Assembly: GCA_038064475.1 (NCBI GenBank)
Contig: JBBTTA010000001.1
Span: 187,795-251,794, forward strand
DNA: 64,000 bases
Reading direction: 5' to 3'
Source of the DNA: Patescibacteria group bacterium
GTDB lineage: Bacteria > Patescibacteriota > Minisyncoccia > Phycocordibacterales > EsbW-18
The first letter of the stretch is position 1. The number at the start of each line of letters is the position of its first letter. The notes under the pieces are model-generated. The model did no database searches. It was not told the DNA's origin and was given only the letters and a program-made list of their open reading frames with translations. This document shows positions 35,530 through 47,095 of the stretch, piece by piece. Both the position numbers and the translations under genes were made by a program.

Positions 35530-36273
35530 ATGACACAGCAGACACTGTCTTCAAAACAAGAAAAGCAAGAAAAAGCCTACGCAACACCCTACCACTGGCT
35601 CATTGACCCTGCGACTGAGAAAGGTCGTTTGTATTTTGGCTATATCAATTTTTGTAGTGCGTTTGCAAAAGACGTGTCAGGACCGATCCTAGATGCAGGA
35701 TGCGGCGATGGGCGACTGCTCGGCGTACTTAGAGAGACAACAAAAAATACAAAGCTTTACGGAGTCGACTATTCAGAGAGTGCGTTACGTTTCGCACGAG
35801 CGTTTGTGCCAGGAGCCACATTCAGCGCTGACGACCTCGCACACCTTTTATACTCAAATGATTTTTTTGATCAAATATATCTTATTGAAACACTTGAACA
35901 TATTCCCCCTGAGCACATTGAAACATTGGTACGTGAATTAAAACGAGTTTTAAGAAAAGGCGGAACACTCGTCGTCACCGTCCCCTCTTCACTCATGGGT
36001 GAACCGAGTGCAGAAAGCAAACACTACCAGCACTTCACGCCAGAGTCTCTTCGTGGAGCGCTTGGAAATGAATTTCATATAGAAAAGATGCATGGACAAA
36101 ACAAAGATGGATTTCATCCATTAAAAATCTTCTACAGACTCATCGATAATCCGTGGTTCGAAATAAAACCTCTCCGCCGCTTCTACAACACACGTGTGTG
36201 GCCACGCTATTTCAATATCTGCGAACCGGAACGTGGCAGACGACTCATTGCAATTTGCACAAAAACGTCCTAG
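35530..36273 (+). CDS. Class I SAM-dependent methyltransferase
   Basis: ILDAGCGDG, GVDYS, ETLEHI, RVLRKGG. Confidence 0.9.
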   Translation: MTQQTLSSKQEKQEKAYATPYHWLIDPATEKGRLYFGYINFCSAFAKDVSGPILDAGCGDGRLLGVLRETTKNTKLYGVDYSESALRFARAFVPGATFSADDLAHLLYSNDFFDQIYLIETLEHIPPEHIETLVRELKRVLRKGGTLVVTVPSSLMGEPSAESKHYQHFTPESLRGALGNEFHIEKMHGQNKDGFHPLKIFYRLIDNPWFEIKPLRRFYNTRVWPRYFNICEPERGRRLIAICTKTS

Positions 36274-37202
36274 CACAGTGGCTGTATAAGCTGCTCGAGC
36301 TTTTTCGCAAACGTATCGTACGAGAATTCTTCTTTTCGCGCCTGTGCCCCTTTCTCAAGCGTTGCTAAAAACCCTCTGTCTTCATAGAGTCGTGTAATCG
36401 CATCACGATATCCGGACACATCCCCCGGCGCGACAAAAATCCCTGTGACATTGTCTTTGATATATTCATCGACACCCGCATCTTTAGTTGTAATAACCAC
36501 CTTTCCAAGAGATGCTGCCATACTCAAATCACTGTGCCCGTGCGCTCCTATACCTTTCTGAAGTGGCACAACGACAAAGCGGGCATGTTGCATTACAGAA
36601 ATGTATTCATCCAAAGGTAATTGACTACGAACTTCGCAATTATGTGGAATTGGAACGGTGAGGGCTACGTTTGTTCCAACAACGGCCTTATAGGGAAGCC
36701 CCTTCATAGCTTCTAAAAATGCCTCGTGATCTCGTGAGTGATTTCCTCCTGAAAAAATATATTCTTCTTTAGTTTGTTGTGTCTCTCCTGTCCGCACCAC
36801 TTTTGAAGGGTAGAGCAAAAAAACAAATCGACCACGAACGTGCGGCTCATGTAACTCAATCTCTTTTTTTGAGTACACCCAAACACGCTCAAATGCTTGC
36901 ACGTCCTTGCTTTGTAAAAACTGGTGGTCAGTTAGCGCACGAGTGTTTTTTAAAAAACCCCAATGACGAAGTGTGGCATATATTTTTGCGTACGGCATCG
37001 TTGTGCCAAACACAATGAGATACGGTCGCTGAAAAAATATTGAAAGAAAAACATATGGCGCATACACAAAATACGAAAAACCATTCATGGCTGCAGGAAG
37101 CAATATATGGCGCGGAAAAAGCTCTTGCGCTCTATCAGTTTCCCAAAATCCGCGCGCACGAGCGATAAGAAGAGTATTCTGTGGTACGGGAGTGTTTGGC
37201 AT
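36270..37202 (-). CDS. Glycosyltransferase, GT4-like
   Basis: FSGGNHSRD, ARFVVVPL, SLGKVVIT, TGIFVAPGD. Confidence 0.85.
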   Translation of the reverse strand: MPNTPVPQNTLLIARARGFWETDRAQELFPRHILLPAAMNGFSYFVYAPYVFLSIFFQRPYLIVFGTTMPYAKIYATLRHWGFLKNTRALTDHQFLQSKDVQAFERVWVYSKKEIELHEPHVRGRFVFLLYPSKVVRTGETQQTKEEYIFSGGNHSRDHEAFLEAMKGLPYKAVVGTNVALTVPIPHNCEVRSQLPLDEYISVMQHARFVVVPLQKGIGAHGHSDLSMAASLGKVVITTKDAGVDEYIKDNVTGIFVAPGDVSGYRDAITRLYEDRGFLATLEKGAQARKEEFSYDTFAKKLEQLIQPLC

Positions 37203-37258
37203 ATATCTAAAAACTATAGGTTGTCCTTAGAACGCTCTCAGGATACACTAGAAAATTA

Positions 37259-38551
37259 ATGGCTTCCATGAACTCCATAAAAGGAAAGATTGAAGGATAT
37301 CTCACTGTTCTCGGAAAATATCTCCATACTGATGCCAACTATCTCGCTCGAAGCACCTTTTGGTTAAATGCGAACGTTGTTATCTCAAGTCTTTTGGCTT
37401 TTGGTATATCAGTTACACTGGCACGCCTCCTTCCTAAAGAAGCATACGGTACATATCAATTCATACTCTCCCTTGCCTCTTTCGTAGGCGCGTTTACGTT
37501 GACCAGCATGAATGTGGCAATTATTCGTGCTGTGAGTCGCGGATATGAGGGTTCATTTATAAAGTCGATATGGTATCAACTCAAGTGGTCTATCGGAGCA
37601 TTCGCTCTCGCTTCGGGAATATCAATCTACTATTTTATTCATGACAACACAGTACTGGGTCTTGCCATGGTACTAGTTGCCCTTTTCTCTCCAGTCCTCA
37701 ACACATTCAATACCTATTCCGCGTTCATCACGGGCAAGTCTGATTTTCGAAGACTTTTTGGAAGCTATCAAGTACTCAATTTTTCTTTCAGTGGAGCGAT
37801 GTTCCTCGCTCTTCTTCTTACTGACAGCCCCGTGTATCTTGTTTTGGTTAATTTTGGAGTTAACTCAATTGTTACTATTTTTCTTTTCTTTCGAACAATT
37901 CGCCACTATCAACCAAATGAAAAAGAAGACCCTGAAACATTTAGCCTCGGCAAACATTTGAGTCTCTCGGGGTTAATCTCAAATGCAATCGCAAGCTTGG
38001 ATAAGATTTTGATCTTCCACTATGTAGGCGCGATTGACCTAGCTATTTATACATTCGCAGTCAATATTCCAGATCGTCTTTTCAATATCATTCGAAGCAT
38101 CACGGTGAGTGCTCTCCCTCGCTTTTCATTGAGGACAAGCACCGAGATACAAAAAGTCATCACCAAGAAGTCTTTGAAGTTTTTCTTTCTCTCGCTCATT
38201 GGTGCAACTATATATCTTTTTCTCGCACCGTTTTTTTTCAAAATCTTCTTCCCCACATACCTTGAGTCAATTTCATATTCCCAGATCTATTTCTTCATGA
38301 TTGCTCTTTCGGCCCTTTCTATGCTCCCGTATACGGCGTTAAATGCTCTTGGTCTTCATAAAGAGCTGTATGTATTCAACACCGCAAGCGCGCTCTTTAA
38401 AATTCTCGTTATCTTTCTCTTAATACGTTTTTACGGACCGTGGGGATTAATCTTTTCAAGAGGAGTCATAGGTATTTTTAGCTACGCTCTCTCAACATGG
38501 CTCATCAGACGCGCCGCTATATCTGAAGCCAATCAAGTCCCGAAGGTATAA
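37259..38551 (+). CDS. Wzx-type oligosaccharide flippase
   Basis: About 12 TM segments; LARLLPKEAYGTY, DKILI...GAIDLAIY. Confidence 0.88.
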   Translation: MASMNSIKGKIEGYLTVLGKYLHTDANYLARSTFWLNANVVISSLLAFGISVTLARLLPKEAYGTYQFILSLASFVGAFTLTSMNVAIIRAVSRGYEGSFIKSIWYQLKWSIGAFALASGISIYYFIHDNTVLGLAMVLVALFSPVLNTFNTYSAFITGKSDFRRLFGSYQVLNFSFSGAMFLALLLTDSPVYLVLVNFGVNSIVTIFLFFRTIRHYQPNEKEDPETFSLGKHLSLSGLISNAIASLDKILIFHYVGAIDLAIYTFAVNIPDRLFNIIRSITVSALPRFSLRTSTEIQKVITKKSLKFFFLSLIGATIYLFLAPFFFKIFFPTYLESISYSQIYFFMIALSALSMLPYTALNALGLHKELYVFNTASALFKILVIFLLIRFYGPWGLIFSRGVIGIFSYALSTWLIRRAAISEANQVPKV

Positions 38552-39365
38552 GATCCGAGTCATCGGCATCGTCCGCTCTATATTTTTTTGGTGCAACAAC
38601 AATTGCTTTGTCATTTTGATTAAGCCACGCTGCCCATAGACTAAAGGTGCTGTTCGCAATAATGTTGTGTTTGCATTTACTCATGAGAACCATCTCTTCA
38701 AAATCGGAAAGATGCGACTCGGAAACATACACAACATCTTCACCAAAAAGCTCGTGAAAGTGCGTTTTCACATATGCGCCATCATCAGAGAAAATAAAAA
38801 ACTTTGGGTGTGCGGTTCGTTCGCGCAGTATTGAAACAGCCTTTTCGTAGTAGTCTTTTTTGAGTTCAATAAATTTACTCTGGTGCTGTACGTAATCCCC
38901 TCGTCGTATGTGCACTGATACAGAGTTAGAAGATTCTTCTTGTTGTAAAATCCGTGCCCCCTCTTCGCTCAAGGGGTTTTTCAGAGTGAATTCTTTTAAT
39001 AGAATTTGTTTTATTGGAGTGCCATACCGAAAATTCGCCCAGTTTCCCAAAAAATATGCTTTCGATGTGTGTATGAGTACAGACCCATTGAACACGAATG
39101 TGGTTTTATCATGTACAACGTGCATTGTTTTAAGAAAATTTGTTCTTATTTTCCTGAGGACATTCTGTACCAAAGTTGTTTTTTTAAGCGTCACATTGAA
39201 GCAATCGAGTGCAAAATCCCTCGGCGTTATCTTGCCTTGAAGTAGTGGATGAAATTTTGAAACATCAATACGCACTTCCTCTTGTGCATTTTCTTGAAGA
39301 CGTCGCGCCAGAGCATATTGGAAGAGCTGATTTCCTAAGCCCCCAGAAATTCGTACGATAATCAT
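38517..39365 (-). CDS. Alpha-1,2-fucosyltransferase (GT11)
   Basis: GGLGNQLFQYA, SVHIRRGDY, FSDD, IANSTFSLWAAWL. Confidence 0.95.
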   Translation of the reverse strand: MIIVRISGGLGNQLFQYALARRLQENAQEEVRIDVSKFHPLLQGKITPRDFALDCFNVTLKKTTLVQNVLRKIRTNFLKTMHVVHDKTTFVFNGSVLIHTSKAYFLGNWANFRYGTPIKQILLKEFTLKNPLSEEGARILQQEESSNSVSVHIRRGDYVQHQSKFIELKKDYYEKAVSILRERTAHPKFFIFSDDGAYVKTHFHELFGEDVVYVSESHLSDFEEMVLMSKCKHNIIANSTFSLWAAWLNQNDKAIVVAPKKYRADDADDSDLIPSGLDWLQI

Positions 39366-39419
39366 AATGGTTATTGTGGGCCTGATTATATAGCACCCAC
39401 ACCATGTTAGGATAGTGTG

Positions 39420-40772
39420 ATGAAAGTGTTTATAGACTTGGGTGGATACACGGGCGATAGCCTTGAGCTCGCATTACGTCGATATTCAGACTTCGATGCG
39501 TTCCATGTATTTGAACCCTATCACACAAACTTCGAACACATCCAAAAGGGTTTTGCTAATCACCCAAAGGTGCATCTCCATGAGGAAGCGGCTGATGTAG
39601 CAACAGGATCAGGAAAGCTTTTTCTCCACAAAGAAATCAAGACTCCCCTGTCCGTGTCTGAAGGAAGCTCTCTTTTACAAGAAAAAATCAATGTCTCAAA
39701 AGACACATTTGAAACTGTAGCCTGTATCGACTTTGCTGAATTCTTGAAAAAAAATCTTAGCCCCGAAGATTATGTTGTTCTCAAAATCGATATTGAGGGA
39801 AAAGAGTATGACATTCTTGAACATCTCATTACGACCAACACCATCAACCTTATCGACAAAATATTCTGTGAGTGGCATTACCAAAAAATTCCATCCCTTT
39901 CGCTACGCCATGCGCCACTCGTAGCAGCTCTCCAAAAACTTGGATTCGACCTCACAGGAGAGAATGTGCACGATGAATGGAGCCGCACCGTGTTGAACGA
40001 TATGCTTCTATCAATTGTTATTGCAACGTTCAACAGAAAAAATGTGCTCAAAGAACTTCTAGATAGCCTCCAGCAACAAACCGATATGCATTTCGAAGTA
40101 GTCGTTGCTATAGATGGTTCTTCAGATGGCACAGAGGACATGCTTTCTGAATACAAAAAAACCTCCCTTTTCCCCCTACGTTGGGTTAATACAGGTTTAA
40201 AAGATACATATGGACTCGCGCGTGCACGAAACCTTGGCATTCATGAGGCGCGCGGAGAAGCAATTGTTATTCTCGACGATGATAGTTTCCCTGTGCCAGA
40301 GTTCGTTGAAGAGCACAAAAAGACCGTACATTCAAAAACATTCACAGGAGGAGCGCGTGAAAGTACAGATCCTCAAGATAACGTACATGAAAAAAACCGC
40401 TTGTATTTGGAAACATTCGGAGATTCAACACCCCATAAATTCGTTCCTGTACCAAAATATAAATGGGTGGTCGAAAACAACACGTGCATGCTGCAAAAAG
40501 ATTGGATTGAAAGCGGACTTTTTGATGAATCAATTACCGCATATGGTCTCATCGGCCAGACATTTAATAAACAACTAATTCGTCTCGGATACCAGTATCA
40601 ATTCAACCCACGTGCGCGGATTATCCATCGCACGGAATTCAAACAAAACTTTCTATACAAGAGGGTGCGTCCTTCTGCTGTAAGCACCGCGCTCCGTGGT
40701 TTTTTAAAAAAAGTTTTTCCTTCTCTATTTTCTGTAGTAAAAAGAATAAAGTTGTGGATTCAGTATCGTTAA
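39420..40772 (+). CDS. FkbM-type methyltransferase fused to a GT2 glycosyltransferase
   Basis: FIDLGGYTGD, LKIDIEGKEY in the N-terminal half; SIVIATFNR, DGSSDGT, ARNLG, ILDDD in the C-terminal half. Confidence 0.88.
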   Translation: MKVFIDLGGYTGDSLELALRRYSDFDAFHVFEPYHTNFEHIQKGFANHPKVHLHEEAADVATGSGKLFLHKEIKTPLSVSEGSSLLQEKINVSKDTFETVACIDFAEFLKKNLSPEDYVVLKIDIEGKEYDILEHLITTNTINLIDKIFCEWHYQKIPSLSLRHAPLVAALQKLGFDLTGENVHDEWSRTVLNDMLLSIVIATFNRKNVLKELLDSLQQQTDMHFEVVVAIDGSSDGTEDMLSEYKKTSLFPLRWVNTGLKDTYGLARARNLGIHEARGEAIVILDDDSFPVPEFVEEHKKTVHSKTFTGGARESTDPQDNVHEKNRLYLETFGDSTPHKFVPVPKYKWVVENNTCMLQKDWIESGLFDESITAYGLIGQTFNKQLIRLGYQYQFNPRARIIHRTEFKQNFLYKRVRPSAVSTALRGFLKKVFPSLFSVVKRIKLWIQYR

Positions 40773-41983
40773 GCCCCCAATAGTTTTTCCCATTTCAAAA
40801 AAATTTCGTGCGGTCGAAGTGTTGCAACTCGTGTTTGACCGTGTTCGTATCGTTCTTTCCAGAATTGTTTTTGGGGAGCCTGAATCAAAAGATCCGAAAG
40901 ATTTTGTTCTGCTTTTACAACCTTGTGATGAGAGCCTCCAAACGGCTGCGTCAAAATACCGTGCGTTGCGAAATACGGATACGACAACCTCTCACCAAGT
41001 GGTGCACCAAGAATCTCTCGTGGTCCTGTAGGACAGTCCGTCGATATCACGAGTGTACTCATTGCAAGTGCCTCTAGAAGCACGTTGGGAAACCCTTCAA
41101 AAAGAGATGTCAATACAAATGCACGTGCAGCACGGATGTAGGGATATACATTTTCAACACGACCCAAAAATAAGACGTGTTGTTCGAGATTTTTCTGATG
41201 TACTAACTGTCGAAGCACCTCTTCGTGTATCCCTTGTCCAAGAATAAGTAGTATGCTCTCTGGAACTTGTTTCACCACACGAGCAAATGCATTGATGAGG
41301 TGTCTTTGCCCTTTTTGATTAATCAAGCGCCCAATATTTACAAATACTGACTTTCCTTTGATTGCTTGTGTAATGCGTTCAGGTAGAGGTTCCATTGATC
41401 TTTGGATACAAAACTCCACATCAATCGGATTTTGTATAACTACAACATGTGGGAGATGAAAAGTGTCTGTGAGTATATGTGCAAGCTCTGATGAGTTTGC
41501 CACAACAGCGTTCGCGTAACGATAGAACGTTTTGATGAACGTCCTGCCTAAGAATCCTCTGAATTCAGGATTATTTCTGACGGCTAGAAATAAAGTAGGA
41601 ATTCCCCCCAACATTTTTGCGAGAAGACACGCAGCATTTGCTTCCTCCGTAAAAGAAAGGACTTTTTGAATGCTGTGCTCTCGGCAAAGACGTCGTATCT
41701 TCCATGCATTCTTTACTAACCCAACAATGCCTCCTCGATATCGTGTATCGAGAACATGACGCGTTCCAGAAACCTTGTGCTCATTTTCCCGCTCCACAAA
41801 AGTAATCAGGTGAACGTCCGTGTTGTGCTGTGCAAGCTCATTGGACAGCCACGCACATATTTTTTCTGCACCACCCCCTTGACGCATATAGGGAATAACA
41901 AGTGCAATTTTTTCTGGTGTGGGATTCATCCCGTACGAAGTTTCTGAACCAGCTTTATTTTGTTTTTCCTGAAAAAAATTCAT
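40769..41983 (-). CDS. GT4 glycosyltransferase (core start 41929; element-derived 18 aa leader from 41983)
   Basis: GGGAEK, IGRLINQKG, FEGFPNVLLEA, DCPTGPREIL. Confidence 0.9.
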   Translation of the reverse strand: MNFFQEKQNKAGSETSYGMNPTPEKIALVIPYMRQGGGAEKICAWLSNELAQHNTDVHLITFVERENEHKVSGTRHVLDTRYRGGIVGLVKNAWKIRRLCREHSIQKVLSFTEEANAACLLAKMLGGIPTLFLAVRNNPEFRGFLGRTFIKTFYRYANAVVANSSELAHILTDTFHLPHVVVIQNPIDVEFCIQRSMEPLPERITQAIKGKSVFVNIGRLINQKGQRHLINAFARVVKQVPESILLILGQGIHEEVLRQLVHQKNLEQHVLFLGRVENVYPYIRAARAFVLTSLFEGFPNVLLEALAMSTLVISTDCPTGPREILGAPLGERLSYPYFATHGILTQPFGGSHHKVVKAEQNLSDLLIQAPQKQFWKERYEHGQTRVATLRPHEIFLKWEKLLGA

Positions 41984-42027
41984 GTATTGTAACGCTATCA
42001 CAACAACACTTCTTTACTTCGTACGGG
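41930..42027. mobile_element. 98 bp MITE-like element A
   Basis: cccgtacgaagt / acttcgtacggg termini; ATTCAT at 41924-41929 and 42028-42033; homologous to 56078-56175. Confidence 0.8.
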
Positions 42028-42086
42028 ATTCATGCGTAAGCTTTCTTTCAATTGAAAGGCTTCATATATCAGCGTATACTCAAGCA

Positions 42087-42680
42087 ATGCAACACACAAG
42101 TTTGATACAAAAAATCTACCAGAAGAGCGGCCGAGCTGTTTCTTTCGACGGTACACTAAAGGTATACAACCTTGGCGCGGGCAAGCAGGACTTCCCTGGA
42201 ACAATTGCTGTCGATTGGAACGACATGAAGCATCTTGGTATCAAACATGATCTTGGAAAGTTCCCTTGGCCAATCGAAGACAATTCTGCGGATGTAGTGC
42301 TCGCCTTTCATTTCATAGAGCACATGCCTGATCTTTTTAAAACGTTCGAAGAGATCTATCGCATCAGTAAGAATGGAACAAAAGTATTAATCGAGGTTCC
42401 TCACTTCAGACACTCATCATCATTCAAGGACCCCACACACTGCAATCATTTTTCTGGAAAGACCATCAATTATTTCTGTAAAAACAATCATACGTTCACA
42501 AACTTGCCTTTCACTTTCAATCTTGTTGAACGATCATTTGGGTGGCCAGCAGCAAATAGCTCATTCCTAAAAAAGAAAATCAAAGCTTTTCTCGAACGAC
42601 ACATCGATTTGTATGAAAACTACCTCCACCTTTTCTGGAGAGTGAATATTCTCGTATTCGAACTTGAAGTCGTAAAATAG
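42087..42680 (+). CDS. SAM-dependent methyltransferase (type 11-like)
   Basis: NLGAG, HDL.KFPWP, HFIEH, EVPH, DPTH. Confidence 0.85.
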   Translation: MQHTSLIQKIYQKSGRAVSFDGTLKVYNLGAGKQDFPGTIAVDWNDMKHLGIKHDLGKFPWPIEDNSADVVLAFHFIEHMPDLFKTFEEIYRISKNGTKVLIEVPHFRHSSSFKDPTHCNHFSGKTINYFCKNNHTFTNLPFTFNLVERSFGWPAANSSFLKKKIKAFLERHIDLYENYLHLFWRVNILVFELEVVK

Positions 42681-42681
42681 G

Positions 42682-43627
42682 TTACGACGCACTTCCTCCT
42701 CGAACCGAGTCGATGTTTTCAACAAACCATTGATAGGTACTTTCTACTCCCTCGCGAAGGCCTATCTTTGGTGCCCATCCAAGTGCCTTAACACGATCAA
42801 CGTTAAGTAGTTTTCTTGGCGTTCCGTCAGGTTTTGATGTGTCCCAAACAATATCTCCAGAATATCCAACAACGTCTTTAATCATGTTAGCCAATTCGCG
42901 AATGGTGACATCTTCACCGGTTCCGATATTGAGCGGCATTGATCCTGAATATGCATTCATCAAAAATACGCATGCGTCTGCGAGATCATCAACATGCAAA
43001 AACTCTCTATACACCTCACCACTTCCCCACAACGTTATTGATGGCGTCCCATTTTTCTTAGCATCATGAAATTTTCGAATGAGTGCAGGAAGTACGTGTG
43101 AATTCTCAAGATCAAAATTGTCATTGGTGCCGTACAAATTTGTGGGCATAACTGATATAAAATCTGTTCCGTACTGTTTGTTATACGATTCCACCATTAT
43201 CACCCCTGCGATTTTTGCAATCGCGTATGCCTTGTTGGTCGGTTCAAGGTCCCCCGTCAAAAGATATTCTTCACGTATTGGTTGTTCAGCAAGTCTTGGA
43301 TATATGCACGAACTCCCAAGAAAAAGTAGTTTCTTTGTTTTATGTAGATACGCCTGATGTATGAGATTGTTTTGTACAACGAGGTTTTCTCGTATGAAGT
43401 CCGCGGGATTATTTTTGTTCGCCATGATTCCCCCTACCCTTGCGGCGGCATCAAACACATAGTCTGGTGATTCTTTTTCAAAGAAAGCCGCTGTCGCGTG
43501 TTCATCTAAAAGATCGAGTTCACTTCTTGATCGTGTAACAATATTTTCGAAACCAGAACGTTTGAGCGCGCGAACAATCGCGCTTCCTACAAGACCGTTA
43601 TGCCCCGCAACAAAAATTTTTGCATTC

Positions 43628-43635
<8 letters not shown>
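42682..43635 (-). CDS. fcl: GDP-L-fucose synthase
   Basis: [42 protein letters not shown]. Confidence 0.97.
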
Positions 43636-44665
<1,030 letters not shown>

Positions 44666-44786
44666 AAATAGTGGCAGAGGTCTTTTGTCAGAAAGAGTAT
44701 AGTCGAATGGTACTGAAATTTCAATAGTGCTTTTTTAAAATTTAAAAAATATACATTTCTGCGGTAAAAAATGTTACAGTGCTTGC

Positions 44787-45860
44787 ATGAAAAAGGTCTG
44801 TTTTCTCTGCCCCTTCAATTTAAACCGCCTCACGGGCACGCCTATTCGGGCAAAAACGGTTATTCGCACGGCAATGACCTTTACTGACGTCTCTGTGGTT
44901 ACGACGCGTGAATATTCTGAAGCAACAAATGTGAGCAAGCTTGATAAGGCAACTGCCCTTCCCTATACACGTCTTGCATTTGCGCATCTTCGAAAAAACG
45001 CCCCCGATATCGTACATTGTATAACTCCACTTGGTCTTCTCGCTGCGCTTCCGTACGCCCTTTTTCGTTTTGGAAAGACAAAGGTCGTCTTTGAAGTGCA
45101 CGGCCTCACCTGGTTTGAACTTAAAGGAACAAACCTATTCCGCCGTGTAGCATTTGGACTCATCGATTTTTTTGGGCTCCTCTTTGCACACCACATCATT
45201 GCAATGAGCTACTCTCAAACTACATTCTACAAATCATTTGTATCTCCACAACGCTTGAGTGTTGTATGGGGGCCAGTCGATTTTGATGTTGCATATAGTG
45301 CACGCATTCCTCAGGAAAAATGCATCGTCGGCTATTTGGGGAATCACGCATGGTGGCAAGGACTGCCTGCCTTGATTGAAAGCGCCCGTATACTGTCTGA
45401 TCGAACCGATATCCATTTCAACATTGGTGGTTTTGATGCGAGTGACGACGCTCAGTTTCCAAAACTCCCAAACATCACCTATGCTGGCCGCGTTGAACAC
45501 AGTAACGTAGTCGCTTTTTTACGCGACTGCGATGTGCTCGCATCTGTTCGAATCAAAGACACCGTGAGTGAAACTCAGTACCCACAAAAACTCTCCGCGT
45601 ATCTAGCTTCAGGACGCCCTGTGGTCGCTTCTGATGTCAGTGACCAGCGTCGAATTATCGAAAGCGCAAATTGCGGCATCGTCATCGACGAACGCGCGAC
45701 ACCAGAACGTATTGCCACCGCACTACGCACCATCGCAAGCCTCCCTCCTGACACACGCGCCGAGTGGGGCCAACGCGCGTTCTCGTTCGCACAAAATAAC
45801 TTTTTCCCCGAAGTCTTTAAAAAGAAAATGGAAAGTGTATACACCGAACTCTATGCTTAA
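44787..45860 (+). CDS. GT4 glycosyltransferase
   Basis: YLGNHAWWQG, PQKLSAYLASGRPVVASDV. Confidence 0.88.
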   Translation: MKKVCFLCPFNLNRLTGTPIRAKTVIRTAMTFTDVSVVTTREYSEATNVSKLDKATALPYTRLAFAHLRKNAPDIVHCITPLGLLAALPYALFRFGKTKVVFEVHGLTWFELKGTNLFRRVAFGLIDFFGLLFAHHIIAMSYSQTTFYKSFVSPQRLSVVWGPVDFDVAYSARIPQEKCIVGYLGNHAWWQGLPALIESARILSDRTDIHFNIGGFDASDDAQFPKLPNITYAGRVEHSNVVAFLRDCDVLASVRIKDTVSETQYPQKLSAYLASGRPVVASDVSDQRRIIESANCGIVIDERATPERIATALRTIASLPPDTRAEWGQRAFSFAQNNFFPEVFKKKMESVYTELYA

Positions 45861-46671
45861 TGCAATATATCAAGCTTCAGTGCGCCAACCACGCATCATA
45901 AAACGCTTTGTCCGTATGCTCGCCAATTCAGGCGTACGCGTGCTCTCATTTCTCACCAGATTCAAACCAGCTGAAGCTGGCACCGTCATGAGCTATGAAA
46001 TGCTTTTTGGCACATGGGATCGTGGTGTCTCAACTCTTTTGGAGCGCGTACTAACGTCTGGCATGACGGTCATCGATGTAGGGGCACATGTTGGCTACTT
46101 TGCAATTGAAGCAAGTAAACTCGTTGGCCCACAGGGCACTATCCATGCATTTGAACCCAATGCAGAAAATTTTGACAAGCTTTCATACAATATCCGTCGG
46201 TACAAAAATATTGTTCCCCACACAGAAGCAGTATCAGACCATGTTGGTGAAATGACGTTGTATGATTCAAGTACAGGAACAGGAAGCAACAGTCTCATCG
46301 CAGAACGTGGTGCGTACAAAAGCACGCACACGGTACCTGTCACAACACTCGATACTCTTTTTGCAAACACACCAATTGATCTCATCAAAATCGATGTTGA
46401 GGGCGCGGAACATCTCGTATTCAAAGGCATGCAAGCAATCGTAGAACGTAATCAAAATCTCAAACTGGTCGTTGAGTTGTATCCAAAAGTGTACACCGAC
46501 CAAGGCCTTCCCTCTCACCTTATCCTTACAGAACTTACTGCCTTAGGTTTTGTAGTAAGCGTTCTTGATGACGACACGGGCACTATCTCAGAACCCCTAG
46601 AACCTGCTATATTTGAGTCATTCGCACGTAACCTTCCGAAGAAATACGTCAACCTGTATGCACACCGATAA
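45853..46671 (+). CDS. FkbM-family methyltransferase
   Basis: IDVGAHVGY, AFEP, IKIDVEGAE. Confidence 0.92.
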   Translation: MLNAIYQASVRQPRIIKRFVRMLANSGVRVLSFLTRFKPAEAGTVMSYEMLFGTWDRGVSTLLERVLTSGMTVIDVGAHVGYFAIEASKLVGPQGTIHAFEPNAENFDKLSYNIRRYKNIVPHTEAVSDHVGEMTLYDSSTGTGSNSLIAERGAYKSTHTVPVTTLDTLFANTPIDLIKIDVEGAEHLVFKGMQAIVERNQNLKLVVELYPKVYTDQGLPSHLILTELTALGFVVSVLDDDTGTISEPLEPAIFESFARNLPKKYVNLYAHR

Positions 46672-47095
46672 TGACCCTTTGCACGTAAAGATTGCCGTAC
46701 GCTTTCTTGTTTCGGGAGGTACCGCTGCAGGACTTCTTTTGGGGATTCTCTTTGTGCTTCATGAAATTGCTGGCTTGTGGTATGTGCTCGCATCAACAAT
46801 TGCATTTGGTATTGCCGTCATCGCGAGTTTTTTGTTACAAAAATTTTGGACATTCCGTGATAATTCACGACACATGGTGCATCGCCAGTTTGTATTGTTC
46901 GTACTCTTGGCACTTTTCAATATGGGAGCAAACGCTCTCCTCATCTACACATTCACGGATATATTCCACGTGTGGTACATCTTTTCTCAAATAGCAGCTT
47001 CTCTCATCGTCGCTGTGTGGAGTTTCTTCATCTATCGACACTACATCTTTTCTCGTCCCACAGAGGCTCCTGTTGCTATTCATGAACACGCGTAA
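46658..47095 (+). CDS. GtrA-family membrane protein
   Basis: RFLVSGG, SFLLQKFWTF; 4 TM segments. Confidence 0.9.
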   Translation: MHTDNDPLHVKIAVRFLVSGGTAAGLLLGILFVLHEIAGLWYVLASTIAFGIAVIASFLLQKFWTFRDNSRHMVHRQFVLFVLLALFNMGANALLIYTFTDIFHVWYIFSQIAASLIVAVWSFFIYRHYIFSRPTEAPVAIHEHA